DNA of 59,765 nt, filler included, from Moniliella sp. 'wahieum' (taxonomy: Eukaryota): the NCBI GenBank assembly GCA_003971905.1. It is 2 parts of 2 records of this genome, joined end to end, with 100 filler letters (N's around TTAATTAATTAA, not from the genome) between each part and the next. Parts side by side here need not be neighbours in the genome. Positions count along the whole stretch, not along the records: positions 29,977 to 59,765 come from RSEE01000180.1; 1 more part is not named here. One strand, written 5' to 3'. This document shows, piece after piece, positions 48,642 to 59,765 of this stretch (the stretch's first letter is position 1; every line of letters begins with the position of its first letter). The notes beneath the pieces are model-generated. The model was not told the DNA's origin, made no database searches, and saw only the letters and a list, made by a program, of their open reading frames with translations. A program made the translations under genes and the position numbers.

Positions 48642-50409
48642 GGCGGGGAAACAGCACACCGGGCTGGGGTGAAGGAAGAAACGCGGTGATGCAGCTCCGC
48701 AGGGACGGACGCCGCTGGCTGGGCCAAGCGGAGCGGATTTGTCCAGGCGCGAAGACGGCAGAGGGGCAGTGGCGGGGCTCTTGAGCCCGCACGGCGCCTC
48801 AGCGCGCTGCTCAGCCAGAGCGCTGCCCGCCTGCCCTGGCTGACAAACCCAGAGCACTCGGTGCAACTGAACGTGTTGCAACATTTCGCCGTCCCCTGCC
48901 GCCCACAGCCCATGCGACACCTGAGGCTCACGTGTTTGCGGGGAACGGGGCTTGTGCATGTGATACCACGCCGTGCCCCGCCGCCCTTTCTCCACCACAA
49001 AAGTCCCGCTCCAAGCACGAGCGCTGCGACTCTGTCCTCACCGTCGAATGCATTCCCCTCATTGTCCAGGATGGGGACGCTGACCTAGCCGCAAGAGCCG
49101 GTGGAGGCGTAAGGCGTTAATAGGCTCTCCTCGATCCTTTTTGGGTGTTTACACCCCTATACCAATACTGCAAAAGCACATAGACGGCGCAGGACGGCGC
49201 TCTGCAGTGTGCCATCAATGATATCGATTGAGAGGCGAGGGGTTCATCCTGTCCGTCACGTGTAAAGTGCGAAGTGTGAAGCAGGTCAAAGACGATTTTT
49301 GGCCGTCGGGATAGCATAGTGACGAGGAGACCACCGGCCTACAGCCCCGACGGTCAACTGGGGCTTCGCCCCAGCTTGGTGCTTCGTCGCCACCTTAAGG
49401 GTTCGCATGTTCCCAATCAGAGCGGGAGGGACGGATGGTAGGACAAGCGATTATCGATTATCGGCGAGTAGTCTAGTCAAGTGACTCAAGCGTCACTAGT
49501 CACTAGCACTACTCGTCTTCCAATAGTAAATGCGGGTCCACCCATCCCATGCATCATCCACCAAAAAACAGCGCACGCACTGCCCCCCTGCGGCCCTCCG
49601 CTTTCCCAACTGCCCCCATGGCGTCACTGTGTGCGCGTAAAGTACGCCTCTGGCGACGCACAGGCCGCGGTCTCGATACAGGTCGCAGGTGAGACAACAC
49701 TGGCGCGTGCGGCGGGCCGGGAACCAGCATGCTGCTTGGGAATGAGCACTCTTGTCTCATTCAACCGCGACCTCTCCCTGACCCCATAAAAGCCTGCACG
49801 ACTCCATCTGGTCCTCTCTTTGCATCCCTGCGACGCCTGCCAACGACACACAGCCCCTGCAATGACCCCGCTCGAGCTGTCTGCCTTCTCTCGCCCCCGC
49901 CCGTCGGCCAGGTTGGCCCGCGCCTCGAACAGGCCCTGCCGCACATGGGCAAAGCCGGCAGCCTCCCCCGTCCTTGCCTTATCCCTCCAGCCCTACCGGC
50001 GCCTCCGGAGCTGTTGCGTCCCACTCCACTTCCTGCGCTAGCCCCGCTTCCGATGCCCCCCGGCCGATTTGCAATCTCTGCCACGCCGGCGCCATGCCAC
50101 CGGCGCTATTCCTCGGACGCCTGGCGACGCAGCCGCCCCACTTGCCCCATCGCCACCGCTGCCAGGGTGGTACCTATCACTATGCCCCCTCCTGTGCTGG
50201 GCAAGAGCGCGAATAAGAACGTCTTTACCACTTTTGGTGCACGGGCACCCAAAAGTCACCAAGTGAAGCATGCTCGCATGGCTAAAACCTTAACACCATC
50301 CTTTATTTCTCACCCTATCCCATGAAAATGCAGGCGCTCCCCTCTTCCCTCTATGCACCCACAACTGGGAAGCTACCCTGATCTTTAGTCCAGCCTTCTG
50401 AGGCCGACG

Positions 50410-51810
50410 AGATGCAAGCCTGCTCAGTGCAACTGGACTATCTCGCCAGCATTGGTGGCACCCAGGTCATTGGCCCGTCCTCCACTTTTCCACGAGTGAC
50501 AACTACTAACGCCTATCACTTCTGTGAGGCGGTACACATTACGGGCGACCGTGGCAAGACCTCCGATTGACATGCAATGCTGGCCCATGACATGGTCACA
50601 ACCAGAGGTAGTGATCAATGTCAGCGACACCGCTGCGGAGACATGCGTGCCCCGCGAGCATGCTTCAGGCCCGATCCTGCAGAGGTCCCATGCAGCCGGA
50701 CGTCTTGGCTGTGTCAGAATCACACCGTGCTAGGGGCCCTTGCCCACTAGGCCCGTATGGGCACTATGGCGTGATTCCTATCAGTTGGGAGATCCTGTGC
50801 CCACCTCTCGACTGTGCCCCTTCCTGAGGAGGTCATATACCTCCTCTGCGTCCATAGATGTATGCAATCCATCGGCACCCTTTCCCCCATCTCCGTCTCT
50901 GACAGGCTGGGTGTACTTGCGCGAGGTGTTATTTCTCTACAGCCACGACCGCTTTTTGCATCGTGTTTCACAGAGGCTTCCACACTGGGCCGTTTTATCA
51001 AGCAATGGCCTCCATGGCCGTGGGCTCCCACTGGGGCACACCCAGTCCATCATGAAGCAACTCGTTCTCTTTCTCGCCCCCCTTCATGACCAGGGCATCG
51101 TCCATTGCAACCTCACTGGCGAGCACATCCGGTTGGACAGCACCCCTCTTCGATCTAATTCCCGATAACCCTTCCAAGAACGGCGAGGTGATGATTCCCT
51201 TCCTTTACTCGACGATGGTCCATGTCGGGTGCGAGCCACGTCCGCATGCGTCCCAGCACCAGCCGAGTGCGCTTCCCAAGGCCTACCGTCGTCCACCCGA
51301 GGCGCTGCTTGGCACCCACGCCTGGTCAGCTCCCTCGACCTGTGGGCAGCTGGGTGTGTGGTTCTGTAGCTTATGACGGGCAAGCTGTCATTTGGACCCC
51401 ATGAGCCTGATGGCTGGCCACGCAGCAGGCGTACAACGGCAGTACGAGGCGAGAAACAGGCCTTTGAGGCCAGCGACACGCCCCTCTTGGCCCAGCTGCA
51501 GAGCGCGCTGGATGTCATGCCCAACAGCTTGCTGGCCCAAATTCCATCCGACAAACGTTAGCAGCTCTTCTTCCCCGATGGCACTCTGCGCACCAACAAG
51601 CCGATCCCCTCCACCTCACTTTCTCGGTGCCATCAGCACACCACCAGAAGCGAAGTACATGAGCTATACGACGTTTGCTTCCGGGATGTTTCGATCAACT
51701 TCTCGAGCCTAACCCCAGCCTGCGCATCTCGGCTCAGAAAAGGCCTTGCAGCACCGCTTACTTGCCCACCACACAACACGGACTACCCACACATTCACCT
51801 GCCGCAGTAA
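50410..51810 (+). pseudogene. degenerate CMGC (SRPK/CLK-like) protein kinase, pseudokinase or pseudogene
   Basis: SIMKQLVLFLAPLHDQGIVHCNLTGEHIRL (subdomain VI lacking the catalytic D and K); YRRPPEALLG..WS; DLWAAGC; LMTGKL; LAQLQSALDVMP; RISAQK; in-frame TAG codons near 51367 and 51559; no DFG seen. Confidence 0.7.
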
Positions 51811-53239
51811 CCACCACACCTCCGGACTATACCTCTACTTGAACTTTTTTTGATTTGTATCCGGTGATGGAGAGCTAGCTCCAAAAAGAAGCATACATTC
51901 TCTTCCTCGTCACCTTTCTCCCCCCTCTTCTCCTTCCCTTAGTCGCTGGCACCAAAAACGAGACGATTATAGCCCCACGATTCCAGCTCCTGCATCCCTG
52001 TTGTGGCCGTCATTTTCACACATGATTTGTAGATATATCTCCCCTGCCATCGATGGGGTTTATATATTTGGGCAAAACCACAAAGACGCTCGGGAGAGTG
52101 AAGCACGACGTTTGGTGAATGCGAGGGGGGCCATTTTCTGGTCGCATGCTAAGCAAGTGTCAAAGATCAATTTTGGGTTTTGGTATAGCATGCTGGAGGA
52201 AGGATATGGATAAAAATGACTTCGCCCGGCTCGAACCGGGGACCTTATCCGTTATCAAGCGCACTGTGCCCTTGTTAATATACGTGATAAACCAACTACA
52301 CCACGATGCCATGTGTTGGTCCTTTTGGGCCGCTTCTTCCAGCAGCATATATCCTCGCCATGAGCTTCTTTCTGTGCTGGTGCCCCTTCTGCTGCTTCGG
52401 AACGCTATCAGTGACAATAGAGCCATTCCTGCTCAAGTTGAAGTAGCAGCGAGTACTGGCGAGTGGATAGGAGGGGGCTCTTCCTTGCTGTTGGCTCCGC
52501 ACGGGGTACGGGAAGGGGGAAGGGACTGCGGCAGATGGACGAGCGGACCGCACTACCGTTTCCCGTCATTTCGCCTATTGGGGGGAAAGACCGGTGATGT
52601 CCTTCAAAGAAGAATGTTGTGGCTCAGTGGGAGCGAGATGCGTGCTGAAGGGGGCGAATCGGCAGGGGAAATCTGGTTGTCGTCTGCGTCGGCATATATG
52701 GTCCATCAATACCGTCTGCCCACTCTCACGGGACGAAATCTGCTTTATCTATACAGCATCTGCTCTTGCCTTGGCCGCCTCCGTGCCTACGGTTTTGCGC
52801 TATGATAGACGAAGTAGGGCCCCAGTCGGACAGACTTGCGGTGACGCTGTGCGTGTCTTCCCCTGGGTGCTCCGTGGAGGCCTGAAAACTGGGCGGATCC
52901 TTTGGGTATGGGTAGCATCTTCCGACCGGGTGGGGGAGCGTAGAAGAATACTCAAGCCACAATAAGACGCATCCTTGTCTTGGTCCGTCTGAAATTGGGG
53001 GCCCGACGTAGGCGGGTCAAATTCGACTTGGCGTTCACAGCATGGATTGATGCTGAACAAAGTCAAGGGACTGTCTTAGTATGTGTCGCATGGCGTGTTG
53101 AGCATCCAGCACCTCCTTGTCGGTGACGTGGGAACTGGAGGGGGGCATGGGGGAGGACCTCGTGTTGTCCCCTTTACCAGTTCTCCGTATCAGCGCGTTG
53201 GTGGCCACGCATGGCCACCCAATTGTGAGTATTTTCCTT

Positions 53240-53870
53240 TGCGACATTAGTCCCCCCGTGCCAGTTTACCGTACCTTTGTAGGTTGCCCATGCGGCAACC
53301 GCCCCCTTGTTTTCCTTGTCCCCCGTTCTTCCTCTGTTGCGCTGTTTCCCTTTTAATCCTGTCTGTTAGCAATGGTTCGTGGTTTCCCCCCAGGCCCATG
53401 GCGTCTGCCCTACTCTCCTCGTCAATTGTGATCAACCCAGTACTGCAGGTTACTCCTGCTATTAGTTTCTCCTCCAGCTCCGTCTTCAATTCTCCGTTCC
53501 TCAGTCCACCCAGTCCGCATGCGTCTCCCACGTGCCACGTCGAAGTCCAGCTCAGTTCAGCCGCCGCCCCGCCCCGCCCCCAGTCTCTTAGTCCAGCCCC
53601 AGTCCAGCAGTGTGAGTCCTCCGCTGTGCCTCCTCCAAGTCCCTGAGCCGAAGGCTTCAGACACGGTACTGCCGCTGAAGTCGATGTTACGCATCAGCCG
53701 TATTGCCACACTTGCAACTGCAGTCGCCTCTGCATACGCAGAGAGGCCTCTCGCTCTCGGGCCCGCCAATCAGCCCAAGCGCGTAACTACAGTGAGTCGA
53801 CCTCAGGATCTCCAAGGGATTGTACCCTTAAACTCCCTGGGGCAGGCCCTCTAGCAACCCGCCCGTGACA
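53240..53870 (+). mobile_element. diverged LTR copy of the 13304-14148 family (left end uncertain)
   Basis: gcgacattagtcccccc, tttcccttttaatcctg, ggcttcagacacggtact, gtgagtcgacct...aagggattgtaccc...gcccgtgaca align with copy 1; the end is the exact reverse complement of the copy 1 start (TGTCACGGGC). Confidence 0.8.
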
Positions 53871-54041
53871 GAACAGGGCTTCCTTTTCGCAGCAATATTC
53901 TCTAACCTCAGCCTCAGCGCTCATCCCGAGCCAAAATTGCTGTCGTTCTCTCCACCTTTGAGAAGGGCAATCAGAATCCTCGATCAGGCCTCAGGTTATT
54001 CAGGACTCACTGAGACCATTGAGTAACAATGAAGTTGCTCA

Positions 54042-54111
54042 TGAAGCTCTTGAAGCTCTGAAGCTCCTTGAAGCTGAAGCTTGTGAAGCTCTTGAAGCTT
54101 GAAGCTTGAAG
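54042..54111. repeat. imperfect (CTTGAAG)n array
   Basis: Nine TGAAGC cores with variable spacers (AGCT, AGC, AGCTC, AGCTCT, AGCTCCT). Confidence 0.9.
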
Positions 54112-55597
54112 CGCACTGAGTAACAAGTTTGAGTTAGGCGACGCTACAACACGCAAGCAGGAGTCCGTCACAGAGTCACATGCCATGATATGTGTTAAAC
54201 GAGAGCCCACGGATGGCATAGTCACACATCGTATGCATCATGCATCTGCATCTGGTATTTCCACGGGTGTTCTCGCGTGCCCCATACACCACAGCCTCCT
54301 TTCGGCGGGTCACATTTTCACAACGTTGCGATACGTGGAGGCTATAGTATGGGTGAGTGGTTTGTTATCCTCTTCGTGTATCAACTAGGCAGCATCAATC
54401 ATCCGATTCTCTTCGGACTATGGGGCAGCGATGCATGATGCATGATGATATTGCATTTTGACTTCGTACTTGGCACTTTGCGCTGATTAATGATTGCGCG
54501 TATTGCTCTCTGCCACCAGCAAAACTCTCTCCCTTTCAGTTTCCTCGCAAGTCTTGTTTTGCACGCTGTGCTAGATGCCACACACGGCACGGCCACCAGC
54601 GTCTCGTTGAATGTCAGACCAGACTTGAGGCCGGCCTAAGGCCTAAGGCCTAAGGTCGGTTGTGATCGCATGAGTAAGGATGAGTGAGTTGCAGCGAAGT
54701 GGACGCGTTGGTGTTGTGGTCGCGACCCAGGAGGGGAAGGACAGCAAGGGGGGCAGCAGGCCACAAGAAAAACTGGAACGTGCTATTCCCCGCGCCTGCG
54801 GCTGCCGGCGCTCGGCGGGCAGTGTGGAAGGGTTGATCGTCCGGCAGGTGCGACATGTGACATCCATTGCACCCTGTCGATCCTCCCCCTTGCTGCGCTC
54901 GCACTCGCTGGGGCTCCGGAACACTGGCATGCCGAGCTGTGGAATGCGGGGTTGACTGGCGGGGGGCGGTGAGCCCCACACACTGGCCGTTTGCGGCACC
55001 TCTGCGACGCGGGTAAGGCCTACGGCGGCTCAGAAGCGCTGAGCAGCTCAGGTTTGTAGTGGGCTAGGCGCTACCGTTTGCCTGGACGTGCTACGGACGT
55101 TCAGCTTATAGCGCGGCTGAGCTCAGCCTGAGCACGCAGCAGGCCGCCGCACGGGGTAGCTGCTGCTGCGGAATGGCGGGGGGTATAGAGATGGATGTCC
55201 ATTGGGCACACAACCCCCGTGCCAACCTCCCTGCGCACCCAATCACAGCCAGCATTTGCGGTTGCGGCAGCTGTGGGGCTACAGAGACCAACTGGCAGCC
55301 GGGAATGCAGACAGCCTGTACCCAGACAGTAGTGGCACCATGCATGCATGATGCACCACGGACGATCGATGATCCAGTGGGCCACATGTCAGATGTCACA
55401 GGCCATACAGCACCCCCCCGTTCCAGCCTGCAGCTCTTGGCCCCGCTCTCTCCCCTTCTTTTCTTTTCTTCTCTTCCACCACCACCCCCATCGTCCCCTC
55501 CCCCCGCTCGCACACCTCGCTATAAGAGACGTGCTCCTTTTCCCGTCTGTCTCCAACACACACCATCTTTTAACAACCTTCTTTTCTCCAATCTCCA

Positions 55598-56785
55598 ATG
55601 AAGCTTGGTGCCCTCAGCGTTGCAGCTGCCGCTGCCACCCTGGTTGTGGCTGGCGGCGTGCGTGATGCCAAGCGGGCATGCGCCGCCACCATGGCATGGT
55701 CAAGCAAGTCCGCTCGAGTTCTTCCGACTCGTCCGATTCCGGCTCTTACTCTATTCTGGCTTACTCCGACTCCATCCGCTCTTCCTCCGGATGACTACTG
55801 TGCCTAAGAACGGTCTGGCCTGGCCCAACGGCCCTTGGCTCAACATCCAGCAGTACAAGAAGACCATGGGCTGGATGTACTCATGGGACGCCACACCCGC
55901 CACGGGCCAGCCCAGCGGCGAACTTTGTTCCTGAGTCGATTCAGTTCTACCCTATGCTCTGGGGAGGCTCATCAGACCGAATTGCCAACTGGAAGAAGCA
56001 CGTGCTGAACAACCGCAATGCGTCTCAGAACAGTGCCAAGGTAGCCATGGGCCCCAACGAGGTGAACCAGCAGGGCCAATCCGACATGAGCGTTCCGGAT
56101 GCTTGCGACCTAATGCGTCAGTACATTGTGCCCCTGCACGACCAGGATGGCTGGACCATCATCGGCCCCTCTACGAATGGCGCCCCCAATGGAATTGACT
56201 GGATGAAGGAATTCCAGACCGAGTGTGCTGACGTTGGAACAAGGTACGCCTTCTTCTAGCCTTGAAATACACTTATTGCCGTTGAGTTTGACACTGACTT
56301 GAATGCCCCCTTCTCAGATTTCTTCTGATTCGCTCCACTACTACGGTACGGATCCGGAGAAGGCCATGAATACTTCAAGCTGTGGCACCACACTTCGGTA
56401 AGCCCGTTTACATTACCGAGACGGCCTGCATGAATTACGACGACGGTCGGCGCCTAGCCTCAGACGCGTACAACTACGTTGAGAAAGTTAACCAGTTTGC
56501 CCAACAGACCGATTGGGTCAAGGGTATTGCATTCTACGGAACTATGAGAACCTCAACATCAACCATGTCAACCGTCTCTCTACCAACAACGGAAGCCCCA
56601 CCGACCTATTCAACTTTTGGATCGCCCACACCCATCAACAGCAACGTCGTGAACAAGGGTTCCGCCCTGTCGTACGCCGCCCCTCTTACATCTGCTCTCT
56701 GCGCTGGACGCCGACTCTCTTTTCTTTCTTATTGTCGCCTGCCCCCCGCGTTTTTCAGAGAGAGGCGCATCGGATCTCAGGCTGA
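55598..56785 (+). CDS. secreted glycoside hydrolase family 128 (Asl1-like beta-1,3-glucanase); introns; 3' end approximate
   Basis: Signal peptide; KNGLAWPN, WMYSW, FYPMLWG, MGPNEVNQQGQSDMS, DWMKEF, LHYYG, FGKPVYITETAC, WVKGIAFYG. Confidence 0.9.
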
Positions 56786-57798
56786 TGGATCTCATATTTT
56801 CCTTTTAGTATCTGTTGCTGTAACTATCATTGGGCAGGCTGTACTCAAATATGTTGTTCACCGTCGTCCCGTAAGAGCTTCTTACCAAAAAACATCTGCT
56901 AGGTTTTAGCATTACTTCTTTTTTTTGCTGTGGCAATAGAAAAAAGAGAGGCACAAGAAGGGGAGTTGCGCGCTCTATATGAACTTGCGGGAAACGCAAC
57001 AGGAACCGTATCTCCAACTTCACGTAATGGCCTCTTGGCGCAGCGGTAGCGCGTGAGATTCCAGTAACAGGTATCCTCAAGGTCATCCGTTCAAATCGGG
57101 TAGGGGTCATCTTTTTTTCGTTCATCGATGACTTAAGCCTGATGACAACTATAGCTGGAATCGTATGCATCTCGTGCGCCACTGCTACGCCAAGACGAGC
57201 CCGCCAACTGTACAACGTCTGGAAAATCCACACATATAGGGCCCTCCCATGCGGAGACAAGGCAATACTTCTAGCTCACATGCACAGTGAGCACCTAATG
57301 TCGATCTGTGGGATTCAGATATTCAGTACTCGCAACATCATGCATCACTGTACTCAGTCAGGGGGGGTGAGATGATCATCGTCATCATCTGCATCATCGG
57401 CAGGTGGAACCCGAAAACCTACTATCGAGATGGTCTCCATGGCTGCCGGCCATGTTGTGGATCAAACGATGGGAGAATTGGATGCGGGACTGGGAACCGA
57501 GGCGATGCAAGCCCCTCCTGGACGGAGATGCCGGAGGGCATGCTACGCAAACGCCCCTACTGTGGCCAGGGGTCAGGGGTCAGGATGCAGCACGGGGGGA
57601 GTGCTACGGCCCCCCTGCGCGTTTCTGCTTGGCACGGACCACACCGCCGCAAGCAATCTTCAGCCATACCAGGGTCGTGTGTGGGTGGGCAGCATCGCCC
57701 CCCCCCCCCTCGCCTCCTGGCCTCAGGCCCCTCGTCCCGTAGCTGCCCGCCCCCAGAGATAGCCCCCGTGCGTTTTTGCTCTCTGTGGTTTTTGTGTT

Positions 57799-57807
57799 TA
57801 TATAAAA
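57799..57807 (+). promoter_or_regulatory. TATA box of PCK1
   Basis: TATATAAAA followed by a pyrimidine-rich leader and a 5' UTR intron. Confidence 0.6.
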
Positions 57808-57929
57808 CCCGCCTTTCTCCACACCTACCCCGCCGTCTCTTCTTCCCTCATCGCCATCCCGGGAGTGCCTTGCCATCCACCGCTTCCACCTCTTCTCCAT
57901 CCGCATCCTTCTTGTGCCCGTCGCTCTTG

Positions 57930-58228
57930 GTGAGTCCTGCCCCGATGACGACAGCGCTGTTAGTGTAAACAAAAAGGGGTTTACATAACATCAAACTTGG
58001 TGGCACGTTTACCCCCAACGACCGCCTGCTCCCCCAACGGTGCGGCTGCGTGCTGCCCCGGCTGTGCGGCGCAGAGATAGCTCTCTTTGCCCCACCACGA
58101 TATGATCCAGTGGACTAACTCCCTCTTGTCTCCTTTTCTCGTTGCTCTACGGGTCTGCGCCGATGTTGCTACTCGTCCTTCTCGCCCGTCCCTCGCATCC
58201 CTCGTAACCCTCGTATCCCACCGCGCAG
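57930..58228 (+). other. probable 5' UTR intron of PCK1
   Basis: GTGAGT donor, CGCAG acceptor 13 nt before the ATG, polypyrimidine tract and branch-like sequences. Confidence 0.6.
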
Positions 58229-58241
58229 TCTACTGTCCACC

Positions 58242-59765
58242 ATGACATCTCCCGGGAACCACCACGATGATCTGCCCACCAACCCCGACTACAAACTGCT
58301 GGGCAAGGATCTCTCCCTCTTTTCCCAGGCGAATCTCGATATGAACAAGGTCAACATTAAGCGCAATGCCTCGCCTGCCGAGCTGTACGAGGAAGCCATT
58401 ATCAAGGAGAGTGCCGTCATTGCCTCCAATGGTGCGCTGATTAATTTTTCGGGAAAGAAGACGGGCCGTTCGCCCAAGGATAAGCGCATCGTCTTTGAGG
58501 AGACGTCGAAGAACGATGTCTGGGTATGTCATATTTCCCCTCTACCCCCCAGCCCAGCTGACCCATTCAATCCTCTATTTTCCCAGTGGGGCCCAGTCAA
58601 CATCAAGATGGACGAGCATACGTTTGAGATCAACCGCGAACGTGCGATTGACTACCTCAACACACCGCGAGGACGTCTATGTATTTGATGGGTATGCTGG
58701 GTGGGATCCCAAGTACCGTATCAAGGTGCGGGTCATCTGTGCGCGTGCCTACCATGCCCTGTTTATGCACAACATGCTCATCCGTCCCACACGCGAGGAG
58801 TTGGAGAACTGGGGCGAGCCAGACCTGACCATCTTTAATGCGGGCCAGTTCCCGGCCAACCGCTTTACGGCGGGAATGACCTCGCCCACGTCGGTCGAGG
58901 TGAATTTCAAGCGCCGCGAGATGGTCATTCTCGGTACTGAATATGCCGGTGAGATGAAAGGGTGTGTTTACCTACATGCACCTTCAGCCGGTCAAGTTTG
59001 GACAGCTTTCGCTTCACTCGTCGGCGAACGAAGGCCCCAAGGCGATGTTACCCTTTTCTTTGGGCTTTCAGGCACGGGAAAGACAACGCTATCGGCGGAC
59101 GTGAACCGCCTTTTGATTGGGGATGATGAGCACGTCTGGTCGGATACGGGCGTGTTTAACATTGAGGGCGGGTGCTACGCCAAGTTGCATTGGCCTGACC
59201 GAGGAGAAGGAACCGCTGCTGTACCGGGCCATCCGTTTTGGTCGATTCTCGAGAATGTGGTGTACGACAAGACACGCGAGAGCCCGACTACAACGATGTT
59301 TCCATTACCGAGAACACGCGCTGCGCCTACCCATCGACTTTATCCCCAACGCCAAAATCCCGTGCCGTCCACCAACCAGCCGAGCAACATTGTTATGCTC
59401 ACCTGCGACGCATACGTGTGCTACCTCCCGTGTCCAAGCTCACCCCCGAGCAGGCGCAATACCACTTTATTGCTGGCTACACATCCAGACTCCTGGCACC
59501 GAGGACGGCATCTCTGAGCCGTCGCCCACTTTCTCGACGTGCTACGGACAGCCGTTCATCGTTCTCCACCCGGGTCGCTATGCGGCCATTCTGGCTGAGC
59601 GCATGGCCAAACACAATGTCAACTGCTGGCTGGTCAACACTGGCTGGACGGCGGCAAGTTTGGGATTGGGAAACGGTGCCCGCTCAAGTCACCGCGCGAT
59701 CATTGATGCCATCCACGATGGTTCCCTCTCCCGGGTCGAGTACGAGAACTTTGAGTGTTCAACTT
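58242..59765 (+). CDS. PCK1: phosphoenolpyruvate carboxykinase (ATP), 3' partial
   Basis: SGKKTGRSPKDKRIV, WGPVNIKM, RAYHALFMHNMLIRP, ILGTEYAGEMK, FFGLSGTGKTTLSAD, LIGDDEHVWSDTGVFNIEGGCYAK, WLVNTGW. Confidence 0.98.

Noticed and set aside
51360..51565. TAG stop-codon reassignment
   Set aside because: In-frame TAGs are confined to the degenerate kinase, and COX5 uses TAG as a normal stop.
1..59765. Frameshifts in nearly every gene, suggesting mass pseudogenisation or programmed frameshifting
   Set aside because: They affect essential genes (EMG1, COX5, PCK1) indiscriminately and are mostly single-base losses, the signature of unpolished long-read consensus error.
43323..59765. Functional gene cluster (peroxiredoxin, PRTase, COX5, GH128, PCK1)
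   Set aside because: Unrelated housekeeping genes with long intergenic spacers; no shared pathway or backbone enzyme.

Overview
Fungal (most likely basidiomycete) genomic DNA with short GT-AG introns. The window is two contigs joined at 29877-29976 by an artificial 100-bp linker (44 N + TTAATTAATTAA + 44 N). Almost every gene carries single-base frameshifts typical of an unpolished long-read consensus, so CDS ends are approximate. Left contig: MFS (DHA1-like) transporter, intron-containing tRNA-Glu(CTC), PTH2, Zn2Cys6 transcription factor, SREBP-type bHLH factor, intron-containing tRNA-Asp(GTC), a secreted protein, EMG1/NEP1, and an organellar-type prolyl-tRNA synthetase that runs into TTAGGG repeats at the contig end. 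Right contig: UBLCP1-like phosphatase, group III hybrid histidine kinase, Prx5-type peroxiredoxin, HPT1/XPT1-type PRTase, COX5, a degenerate CMGC kinase, a GH128 glucanase and PCK1 (partial). Several solo LTRs of related families are present. The most striking unexplained signal is an intergenic, promoter-biased sequence grammar: dozens of short arrays in which a 7-bp nnTNAnn unit is duplicated, often with 1-2 palindromic (P-like) nucleotides at the junction or as a full inversion. This resembles accumulated excision scars of a hairpin-forming DNA transposon.
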